DNA of 39,354 nucleotides. Source: an uncultured Candidatus Saccharibacteria bacterium. Its GTDB lineage: Bacteria > Patescibacteriota > WWE3 > 2-01-FULL-39-13. The notes beneath the pieces were generated by a model. It was given only the letters and a program-made list of their open reading frames with translations. It was not told the origin of the DNA and ran no database searches. Both the position numbers and the translations under genes were made by a program. The DNA is taken from positions 298,181 to 337,534 of the forward strand of contig OZ246395.1 in assembly GCA_965230915.1 (NCBI GenBank). The letters are read 5' to 3'. Shown one piece after another: positions 19,599 through 28,900 of the stretch (its first letter is position 1; each line of letters opens with the position of its first letter).

Positions 19599-20300
19599 AT
19601 GGAATCGAATAATTTCGAACCAGAAGTAACACAAGAACAGGCCCCGATGGTACGTAATACCATTTCAAGAAGAAGATTTTTGGGTCTTCTAGGAGGAGGA
19701 GCAGCAGCCACAATCCTAAGCGCGAGTGTAAATGTAAATGCTGCAAAAAAAGATGTGCCAGATATTTCAGCTGTGGCTGTATCAGAAATGCAGGCTGAAA
19801 TGCTTACAATAGCCGATGCTATCTATTCAGCATCAGGAAATACTTGGATGACAGTTCCAAGTGAAACAGTAGTTGAAGTTACCGGCGGTATGGATGCACA
19901 AACATCCGAAACAGTTAGCCGTGCTTTATCTCATTTATTATCAATCGCAGAACGCGATGGCGGAGAATCAGCTTTTGCTATTAAAGAAAATTTACTAGCG
20001 CTAGGCGGTCATCTTGGTATCGGTTTTATTAATGTCGGAAGCATAGTTGAGCCTAGAAGCGACATTTCAGGCTATGAAGGCGACGGTGAAGTTATTTATG
20101 AGAATTCGCATTTTGGTGGAATTACTATCCATGCAAATTCTGAATCTAGTCTTCATATTACAGTTCCATCTAAAGATGGTCCTGTTCCACAAATTAAGAA
20201 TGGAATGAATATAACAACCGCAGCTGTAATGGCTATGGAATTTGGAAGATACGGAAACGATGCAGCTCAAATTGCAGAAGGATATTTAGGAAATATTTAA
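19599..20300 (+). CDS. Hypothetical exported protein with twin-arginine (Tat) signal
   Basis: TISRRRFLGLLGGGAAATILSASVNVNA/A shows the S-R-R-x-F-L consensus, a mildly hydrophobic h-region and an AxA-like site. Confidence 0.6.
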   Translation: MESNNFEPEVTQEQAPMVRNTISRRRFLGLLGGGAAATILSASVNVNAAKKDVPDISAVAVSEMQAEMLTIADAIYSASGNTWMTVPSETVVEVTGGMDAQTSETVSRALSHLLSIAERDGGESAFAIKENLLALGGHLGIGFINVGSIVEPRSDISGYEGDGEVIYENSHFGGITIHANSESSLHITVPSKDGPVPQIKNGMNITTAAVMAMEFGRYGNDAAQIAEGYLGNI

Positions 20301-20329
20301 GTTCCTATTTTCGATCTATTCTAAAAAAG

Positions 20330-20353
20330 GCAGGGTAAATTCCCTGCTTTTTT
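20330..20353 (+). terminator. Rho-independent terminator (A-tract upstream, so possibly bidirectional)
   Basis: aaaaaag GCAGGG taaatt CCCTGC TTTTTT, read at 20330..20353. Confidence 0.7.
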
Positions 20354-20380
20354 AGTATTTGTTTGGCGCTTGTTAAAACA

Positions 20381-20408
20381 TTGTATCTATACCTCATAAT
20401 GTTATACT
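20381..20408 (+). promoter_or_regulatory. Candidate promoter of giant gene 1: TTGTAT - 16 nt - TATACT, with the -10 ending 7 nt before the ATG
   Basis: TTGTAT at 20381..20386, TATACT at 20403..20408, ATG at 20416. Only a T-tract plus 'a' lies in between, with no SD. Confidence 0.4.
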
Positions 20409-20415
20409 TTTTTTA

Positions 20416-23400
20416 ATGCCGTTACGTGGTTTTATAAAGATATTCTCACTTAAGATTTTTATTCCTCTATCAGTTTTATTTATTGCCGTCACATTAATTG
20501 GGTTGATTAATCCTAAATCCGCTTTCGCTGATTTTGTTTTACGCGGTGGCACTTGTTATTTCAGATATGGAAATACCAGCGGTCAGACTCAGGAATTGCC
20601 TGTTGATATAAATTTTTGTACAGGAGGCCAGGGTAATGGAGCTTGTATGGCTAATCTTGCCGGGGAATGTAGGGCTGCAAATGTCCCTGGGGGTGGTGGT
20701 AGTGGATGTACTACCGAAGATATTATTACAGAATATACTCCTGCCGGACAAACGCCACAATATATAAGGTTTCAAGCTGATTGTTCGGCTACATGGTCAA
20801 ACGGAATAAATTCGCAAGACTATGGCTTAAATATTGCCTATTTCAGAACTTCTGACAGGAAATATACCGATCTTACATCTAGCAGATCAGCTCTAGGTAT
20901 GCAACAAAACAATTCTGCATTTAAAATAGCAAACGGTAATTCCGGGGTTACTATTCCGATGAGTTGGTTTTCAGGTGAAATGGCAGATTACACCACCGAA
21001 AAAAGTATTGGCTTCTATCCAAATTGTGCCGGAAGCATGGACGATGCTATGGAGGCAGACTGCTTTCGTATAGAAGATCTTGAGCCGTATATTCCCCCAC
21101 CGCCACCCCCATGTACAATGCCGCTCGAACAGGTTTCATTTACAACTTCATGTACACCAGGTGCTTATTCTAGTGGGGTACAAAAGACGACTGATGTGGT
21201 CCATGCTTTAAACCTAAATCAAGGTGGTAATTACTGTCAGATTGACTATATTAATGTGTCGACTGTTCAGAACCCGTCATTCCCTAACTACTACAATTCG
21301 GCCGTTAATGGAGTTTCTGAAAAAGCTATACCCCAAGGATTTACATACCGGGGTGATGGGTCTAATTTAATCTTGCAGCCTAATACTACTTATTGGATTT
21401 CGTATTATGATTCGCAGTCCGGACAACTTTCTGCAGGAAGGTCATTTGTAACTAGAGGGTCTTGTTCAACTCCATCTGCGCCAACAATATCACAGGTTCC
21501 ACAATGTAGATTTACTTTTCCGTACGATACTGAACCGGAAAGAGACAGAATTAATTTAAAGTGGGGAGCTCCATCTAACCAAGGTCTTGGTTTTGAGGGT
21601 TACGAAATTCAGATTGCAAATAATTCTGCTTTTACGGGTGCACAAATGTATTCAAATACTGCAACCGATCGCGATATTCCATTTGGTGCTCCTGCATATT
21701 CAAGTAATATTCCTCTTGGTTATACATACTATTATCGAGTACGCGGAGTTAACTGGGGTGGATCAGGGTCATGGTCCGCTGTGAGATCTGGCTATATACA
21801 AATGAAGCCTTCTTCTCTTAATTCTCTTACTTTGGGAGTAACTCCTCCACCTACCCCTACAGGTAATGCTGTTGTTGATATCGATTGGACATATACAAAT
21901 ACTGTTATTGCTCCGCCTGATCCAGTAAGCGGTGGATTTTTTGGAACAAGAACCGGCGGATCATCAGGAATGCAAAACCTTATAGCCCAAGGAACACAAA
22001 GAACGCTAATAAATAATATTCCAGCTTCGGCATGCCAAGACACAAATTACACATATACATTAAGTGCAAGTAATGTCTGTGGTGATGGGCCAGCTACATC
22101 AAGAAGTGTTGTATGTCCGAGAAATACTCCTCCTACCTGTGGAGCGCTTCAATATTTAAATGGATCAAGTTGGCAAAATTTCCATGGAAGTGGTGTAACC
22201 AGAAACAGATCGACGACTATTCAAATCAGAAGGCTTTGTACAGATCCTGAGGGAAATCCTATTACATATTCATGGGTTACATCTTGTGGATCGGTTTCAC
22301 CTTCCAATACTGCAACTACAACCTATACATTCCCGTCAACAGCCAATACAAGTTGTGACATTCTATCCGGGGCTAGAGATAATTTTAATGCATATGCTCC
22401 ATCTGAAGCAGGAATTGCAAATACTAACCCGACAGCCGGAATATCATCATTAACTTTAGCTCCAGACTCTAGAAGCATTCAAAGGTCAAGCACGGCCGAT
22501 GCTTATGCCGTTATTCGTAGAATCACACAAAATCTTGCAACAATGAGATACACCGTTAGTGGATATAACAACCCGGCCTTTGTTGGCGCCCCTGCTGGGG
22601 TAAACGCTACTGCCAGTATTACGATAGATACTTTATCTGCAAATGTTGCAACAAATATAGTTAACATTTGTAATCCGACATATGGAACGTGCGGATTCGA
22701 CAATGGCGGTGGAACATCTATGGGAATGAGTGCAACTAATGCAAGCTATCTTATTAATGTAAGTTTTAATGCTACTCAGCTTGCAAATGTAAAAGATGTT
22801 ATGGTCGGTTCGACTGCAACTACTCCAATTAGGTTTGGAATGATTGTTAATTTTAATGCTAGAGGTGCAGATGGAAGTTTAATAAATATAAATAGAAGTG
22901 GCACTCCATCTATAATTAATAACCCTCCCTATTGTGTAAGTGTAAATATAGACCCAAGAAGTCCATTGAGAACTGGAACAACAAATATAACAGTAACTGC
23001 TCGTGATGACTGGGGGTTAAACCAGATAAACGTAGGTGTAAGCCCGGCTGGTGGAAGTTTAACTTCAACAGATGTAAATACGATTACAGGAAACCCACGA
23101 TCTGGATCGACAACTGTTCCATGGAACATAACTAATGCGGCTACTGGTGTTTATTCGCTTAATGCGACTATCACAGATTTAGATGGAAGATCCGCGACAT
23201 GTAATGCATCAAGTGCTGTTACTGGCAGTGAAAACCCCGGTGGTGGAACTGGAACACCTCCGACAATTATGGTAGATAAGGTTGTTCCTGTTTGTACCCC
23301 AGGAAGTTTTACTGTGACTAGTGTTGATGGAGTTAATTTGGCATTTGCTGTTAGAGGAAGCGATCCGGGTACAGTTGCTAGTGGATTAGCAGCGATTGAT

Positions 23401-25875
23401 ATATCAGTTTTAAGGCCAGGTACAGGACAAACATGGCAGCCTGCCGGATCGAGCGCTGTAATTAATCCTCCTGTTACAACATATAACTATTCTGATGCAA
23501 CTGGTTACAATGTTGCGAATGCTCCATCTGGAACTTATAACTTTAGAGCAACATGGACTGATGAAGCTGGTAATACTGCTACTTGTGCCGCAACATATGA
23601 TAAAGGTAGTCGGATTTCGGGAAGAATAATGCTTAATACAGGGACTAATGGTGATCAATTGAGAGATTACGCAAACGAATCTACCGGAACAAGGTTTAAT
23701 CCAGTAAGTCGACTTGGTGTTGCCGCCCCTACTTCAGCTAATTGGAACATAGCAACTAATACAAATTGTTCGGCCCCCTACCCCGGGACATCTGCTGCTG
23801 CAAGTGATACCGGTGCATGTAATGCTTGGTTTATATCTAATGCAGAATATGCCACAAGCTCAACTCCAACTATTGGAATTAGATTCCCTGCATTAAGCAG
23901 CAATGCTACTATTCCAAAATATCGTTGTACGGCAATGAGATTATTTAACACTGTAGTCTCGTCATCGACTCCTACTAAGACATTTACAGGGGCTACTGTT
24001 GTTCCGATTAATTGCGTTGGTGGTGTCTGTGGGTGTGATGTTACCTTGGCATCTGGAGATATTACTGTGAATAGTAATGCAACCTATACCGCTACTAGCA
24101 TTTGGCCGACTCATGTTGAATTTGATCTCGATTACAACTCAGATCAGGTGTATGGAACAATTCGAAACGAAAGAGGTTCAGCTATTCAAAACGTTACTGT
24201 AACGGCTGGTGGTGTAACACCTGCAGGTACTTCTAATGCATCTGGAAGCTATGAGACGCCTATTCCTGCTGGCGATAATTCGGCCGGATATTTAAGATCG
24301 GGATTAAGCGGATCCCCTGTATCAACCACAGTTACTTTAACTAATAATGACCCGACTAAATTATGTATTCATGCGGTAAAGACTGATTTCACAAATAATG
24401 CGTCAAGAAATACTGTCGGTAATTTTGATTCTGCTGCAGAAGTTAGTTCGATTGCAAAAACCTTATCAGTTCCGGGCACCGGTTGGTCGGTTGCCGCAGA
24501 TGATGCATGTACAGCAACCGTTCAAGTTGCAAATGGAACTATGTCTCCTAAATACCAGAATCAAGTCAATTACTTATTAATTCCAAAAGTTAAAGTTACA
24601 GGCCGTATTTATTTCTTAAATAAAGATAATCTATGCGGAAGTCCAGCTGCGTGGTCAGATTCTGCTAATCAGGCAAGTAGTGGAAGCGTTCCACTTACTC
24701 TTACAATGCAAACAGATACGGGATTGACCGACTTCTATAACCCCGATGGTGATAGTAGTTACAATACGGGTGATAGTTATACTTACTATGCAAATATACT
24801 TCCAGGCAGTACATGGAATACATGGCAGTTGCAAAAGACTGTAAGCTTTGCAGCTGGATCTCCATATACATCATGCGGTAATGACACTATAAATGTAGCT
24901 ACTTCCCTTCCTAACTATCCATACGATAGTTCTAATCCTACACGTGGATACGAAATTAGTTCTGATATAGCAGTTTATGTACGCGAAGCTAACGACTGGT
25001 GGCAGACATATAATGGTGGTGTTCACGGTTTAGCCGGAATACAAAATGCAATTCCGAACGAAAGCCTTCCTGTTGAAGTAGGCGGATTTGATATGCATAC
25101 AATGGTTGGAGTGCCGAATAATGTGATTTACTCTGCCGCATCTTCCCCTTCCCTAATCAAAAATGGCTTTAGACCAAGTACGTCGGGTGCACTTGTTACC
25201 ACCCGTGGAAATATTGGTACTATAAACGCAGGAAGAAGCGGCGCAAATTGGCAAATATCGGGTGATAAAGCTTGGAAACAAGATAGTATGCCCGCGCTTA
25301 GAATCCCGTTTGCCGGTGAAGGTGCCAGCTCAGTTGAGGCAATTGATAAAGTACGTGCGTTAACTTCTGGCAATTGGCCAACAAGCATGCCAAATTTCTC
25401 AACGAGCGGAAGCAATAATAAAGTAATCCTAAGCGGCAATCAGACTATTGGGTCTTCAAGTTCGGATACAACTTATGGAAATAACAACTATATATTAGTA
25501 GATGGAGACGTAACGATAGCCGGAAATCTTAAACCAAGCGGCACTAATCTTGATCAAACACTCTTTATTGTTGCAAGCGGAGATGTGACCATAGCTGCTG
25601 GAGTTGCCGAAATAAATGCGTTTATTTACACTCCAGGTGATATTAATATTGCTACTGCAGGTCAAGATAGCTCATCCGAAAAAGTACTAAGAGTCTATGG
25701 GGGCTTATATGCAGGTGGAACAATCCACCAAAGAAGAGATATTGAAAACACACCTACAAACTTTGGTTATCCATCAGTACAAGTTATGTTTAACCCAGGT
25801 TTAATTATAAGTACAAGAAGCGCATCCTTCCCTAGCCAATTAAAAGACACTAATGTGTACTGGACACAAGAGTAG
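20416..25875 (+). CDS. Giant secreted modular surface/adhesin-like protein, paralogue 1 (1819 aa)
   Basis: Sec signal ...LINPKSAFA/DF. Modules in order: a Cys-rich head; a PPPPPPC hinge; FN3-like YEIQIANNSAF...YYYRVRGVNWGGSGSWS; PKD-like DPEGNPITYSWVTSCGSVSPSN; Ig-like TNITVTARDDWGLNQINVGVSP and ATWTDEAGNTATC; SGRIMLNTGTNGD and VTGRIYFLNKDNLCG units; and a C-terminal beta-helix-like NNYILVDGDVTIAGN...FIVASGDVTIAAG...AFIYTPGDINIATAG...YGGLYAGGTI. No antisense ORF in this span is credible. Confidence 0.9.
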   Translation: MPLRGFIKIFSLKIFIPLSVLFIAVTLIGLINPKSAFADFVLRGGTCYFRYGNTSGQTQELPVDINFCTGGQGNGACMANLAGECRAANVPGGGGSGCTTEDIITEYTPAGQTPQYIRFQADCSATWSNGINSQDYGLNIAYFRTSDRKYTDLTSSRSALGMQQNNSAFKIANGNSGVTIPMSWFSGEMADYTTEKSIGFYPNCAGSMDDAMEADCFRIEDLEPYIPPPPPPCTMPLEQVSFTTSCTPGAYSSGVQKTTDVVHALNLNQGGNYCQIDYINVSTVQNPSFPNYYNSAVNGVSEKAIPQGFTYRGDGSNLILQPNTTYWISYYDSQSGQLSAGRSFVTRGSCSTPSAPTISQVPQCRFTFPYDTEPERDRINLKWGAPSNQGLGFEGYEIQIANNSAFTGAQMYSNTATDRDIPFGAPAYSSNIPLGYTYYYRVRGVNWGGSGSWSAVRSGYIQMKPSSLNSLTLGVTPPPTPTGNAVVDIDWTYTNTVIAPPDPVSGGFFGTRTGGSSGMQNLIAQGTQRTLINNIPASACQDTNYTYTLSASNVCGDGPATSRSVVCPRNTPPTCGALQYLNGSSWQNFHGSGVTRNRSTTIQIRRLCTDPEGNPITYSWVTSCGSVSPSNTATTTYTFPSTANTSCDILSGARDNFNAYAPSEAGIANTNPTAGISSLTLAPDSRSIQRSSTADAYAVIRRITQNLATMRYTVSGYNNPAFVGAPAGVNATASITIDTLSANVATNIVNICNPTYGTCGFDNGGGTSMGMSATNASYLINVSFNATQLANVKDVMVGSTATTPIRFGMIVNFNARGADGSLININRSGTPSIINNPPYCVSVNIDPRSPLRTGTTNITVTARDDWGLNQINVGVSPAGGSLTSTDVNTITGNPRSGSTTVPWNITNAATGVYSLNATITDLDGRSATCNASSAVTGSENPGGGTGTPPTIMVDKVVPVCTPGSFTVTSVDGVNLAFAVRGSDPGTVASGLAAIDISVLRPGTGQTWQPAGSSAVINPPVTTYNYSDATGYNVANAPSGTYNFRATWTDEAGNTATCAATYDKGSRISGRIMLNTGTNGDQLRDYANESTGTRFNPVSRLGVAAPTSANWNIATNTNCSAPYPGTSAAASDTGACNAWFISNAEYATSSTPTIGIRFPALSSNATIPKYRCTAMRLFNTVVSSSTPTKTFTGATVVPINCVGGVCGCDVTLASGDITVNSNATYTATSIWPTHVEFDLDYNSDQVYGTIRNERGSAIQNVTVTAGGVTPAGTSNASGSYETPIPAGDNSAGYLRSGLSGSPVSTTVTLTNNDPTKLCIHAVKTDFTNNASRNTVGNFDSAAEVSSIAKTLSVPGTGWSVAADDACTATVQVANGTMSPKYQNQVNYLLIPKVKVTGRIYFLNKDNLCGSPAAWSDSANQASSGSVPLTLTMQTDTGLTDFYNPDGDSSYNTGDSYTYYANILPGSTWNTWQLQKTVSFAAGSPYTSCGNDTINVATSLPNYPYDSSNPTRGYEISSDIAVYVREANDWWQTYNGGVHGLAGIQNAIPNESLPVEVGGFDMHTMVGVPNNVIYSAASSPSLIKNGFRPSTSGALVTTRGNIGTINAGRSGANWQISGDKAWKQDSMPALRIPFAGEGASSVEAIDKVRALTSGNWPTSMPNFSTSGSNNKVILSGNQTIGSSSSDTTYGNNNYILVDGDVTIAGNLKPSGTNLDQTLFIVASGDVTIAAGVAEINAFIYTPGDINIATAGQDSSSEKVLRVYGGLYAGGTIHQRRDIENTPTNFGYPSVQVMFNPGLIISTRSASFPSQLKDTNVYWTQE

Positions 25876-25882
25876 TTCGGTA

Positions 25883-25912
25883 TTGAACGAACTTGTCTAA
25901 TAGATATATACT
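25883..25912 (+). promoter_or_regulatory. Candidate promoter of giant gene 2: TTGAAC - 18 nt - TATACT, with the -10 ending 7 nt before the ATG
   Basis: TTGAAC at 25883..25888, TATACT at 25907..25912, ATG at 25920. The TATACT-7-ATG geometry matches paralogue 1. Confidence 0.35.
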
Positions 25913-25919
25913 TCTGTTA

Positions 25920-28900
25920 ATGCCACTACATGGTTCTATAAAGACTTCATTCTCCAGATTTTCCTATATCACTATTTCTGTATTTATAATAGTTTTTTCT
26001 TTGTTTGTTACCCTTAACCCTAAAGCTGCATTAGCCGATTTTGTTTTACGTGGTAGTACATGTTTTTTCAGGTACGGAAATACTAGTGGTCAGACTCAGG
26101 AATTGCCCGTTGATATTAGATTTTGCACAGGCGGAGGTAGCGCGAATGCTTGCCATGACATCGAAGTTGGAGGCGGTGGAGAATGTATTACTGCTAATGT
26201 ACCTGGTAGTTCTGGTACAAACTGCGGTGCACGCGAAATGAGTGTTAGCTATCGTTTTAATAATGGGGATAACAATCCTCCTACTCATATATTATTTGAT
26301 GCTGGCTGTACTGAGACTTGGTCTAGATCAGGTGAAGGGGCAGATGATCTGAATATAGAATATTTTTCTGTTAAAGAAGGTAAATATGAAGGATTGAGAT
26401 TTGATAGTCGTTACGACTCTGACGAATTTAAAATTGATAATGGAAACGACACTGTAACTATCCCGTTATATAAAATGAAAGAAGAGTTACAGGACTACAC
26501 TACCGAAAAAAGATTTATTTTTTACCCAAATTGCGGCGGGCGAGAAGATTCAATGGATGCTGATTGTTATCGTAAAGAAGATTTAGATCCATGGATCCCA
26601 CCCCCACCACCACCTTGCATAATGCCACCTGAAGATATTTCTTATACGACTTCGTGTACTCCTACTTCTTGGCATTTCCCGCCGGAACAGAGAACGACCG
26701 ATGTAATTCGGGCTAGAAATTTAAATCTCGGAGTTGTTAATGGAGTTGATTATTGTAAGGTCGATTATGTTAATGTTTCGCTTGTCCAAAATCCTCCATA
26801 TCCGCAGTATTGGAATTCCGCAACAAATGGTGTGGCCGAAAAGCCTATACCTCAAGGCTTTACATATCGTGGCGACGGATCGAATTTAATTTTACAACCT
26901 GGCCAATCATATTGGATCTCTTATTACCATCTGCCCGACGCAGCATCTCCTAATGGTCAATTGTCTGCAGGTAAATTGTTTACAATGAGAGGGTCATGTC
27001 CTACAGCGGCTGCCCCAACGATTTCGCAACTTCCACAATGTAGGTTTAGCTTTCCATACGATACTGAGCCTGAGAGAGACAAAATATATTTAAGATGGGG
27101 CGATTCTCCAAACCCAGGTCAAGGTTTTGTTGGTTATGAAATTCAAGTAGATGATAATTCGTCGTTTAGCTCTCCGGTATCCTATGCCAAGTATGCTGGT
27201 GACACGAAGGAATTGCCGTTTGGAGCGCCCGCATATAGCACTACTATTCCGATCGGTAGCACACAGTACTATCGTATTAGAGGAGAAAACTGGGGTGGCT
27301 ATGGAGGTTGGTCAACAACAAGATCTTATTTTATGCAGAGAAAACCCGCTCCGGTAGGATCTTTTAATGCAACAGCATATCCAAAAAGTGGAACTGCAAC
27401 AAATGCGACCGCAAATATAACGTGGTCTTATCCGAATGACCCGGTATATGCTGTTAACACAACAAGTAGCGGATTTATATTAAGAAGAGCAGGAGGTCCA
27501 GGCGCAAATATAGCTCGGGGGATTAGCTATACAGCTAGAAGTTATACTGATACATCTTTGTTAACTTGTAATAATACAGACTACACTTATTCAATTAATG
27601 GTGTAAATAATTGTGGAACTGGCAATCTTGTATCTGATACTACAAACTGTCCTGCAAACAGGCCACCTACCTGCACTATTCAATATTTAAATGGAACAAG
27701 CTGGCAGAACTTCCCTGCTGGGGGTGTGACCAGAGATAAATCAACGACAATGCAGGTTAGAAATTCTTGTTCGGATCCTGAAGGCAATCCAATTACATAT
27801 TCATGGACAACTACTTGTGGATCTGTTTCACCTTCTAATGCAGCGACTACAACATATAGGTTCCCTGGTACTGCTGGTGTAAGTTGCGATATTAGATCAG
27901 TTGCAACAGATAGCCTTAATGCATCTGCACAACCAGTAACTGGAAGAGCAAATACCAACCCGACCGCCGGTATAACTTCATTAACCTTAGCACCAGACTC
28001 TAGAAGCATTCAAAGATCCAGCACGGCAGATGCATATGCAGTTATTAGTGGGGTCACACAAAACCTTGCAACGATGAAATATACAGTTACTGGATATAGC
28101 AATCCTTCATCTTTTGGAGCTCCTGCTGGCTCAAATAGAACAGCAACTATTTCTATTGATACGACTGCAACCACAGTTGCTACAAATATAACTAATATTT
28201 GTAACCCAACTTATGGAACTTGTGCGTTTGCAAACGGTGGTGGAACATCACTCGGAACAAGCGCAACAAATAGCAGTCAGATTATTAATGTGAGCTTTAA
28301 TGCAGCACAGCTTGCCAGAGTAAAAGATGTGATGGTTGGCTCTACAGCCACAAGCCCTATCAGATTTGGAATAAGGGTTAATTTTAATGCAACAGGATTA
28401 GACGGGGCGACAATTAATCAGAGCAGAACCGGAAGCCCAACAATAATAAATAATGCTCCATATTGTTCGAGTATTGGCATAAGTCCAGCTAGCCCATTAA
28501 GAACTGGAACAACAAATATAACTGTAACTGCTCGTGATGACTGGGGATTAAATCAAATAAATGTTGGAGTTAGCCCTGCTGCAGGAAGTCTCACTTCTAC
28601 TGACATAAATACTATTACTGGAAATCCAAGATTAGGTGCTACTACTGTTCCATGGAACGTAACCAATGCCCCACACGGAACTTACCAGCTTAATGCAACA
28701 ATTACAGATTTAGATGGAAGATCTGTCGCGTGTAATGCCTCAAGTACAGTTACCGGTAGTAATAATCCTGGTGGTGGAACTGGAACACCTCCAACAATAG
28801 TAGTCGATAAAGTTTCACCTACTTGTACCCCTGGAAGTTTCATTATAACCGCGAACGCGGCCAGAACCAGATTAGGATTCAGCGTATCGGCATCAGATCC

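Noticed and set aside
25893-25919. The track's start for giant gene 2 at 25893 (non-ATG; MSNRYILLL...), and the analogous extended start at 17001 for the PilX-like gene.
   Set aside because: The in-frame ATG 25920 aligns residue-for-residue and in nucleotide context (ttaATGcc) with the start of paralogue 1. ATG 17061 begins 2 nt after the upstream stop and yields a normal pilin leader.
22420-28799. Recent gene conversion as the cause of the near-identical peptide blocks in the two giant proteins.
   Set aside because: The identical peptide stretches differ at many synonymous sites, so the nucleotide sequences have diverged. This points to purifying selection rather than recent homogenisation.
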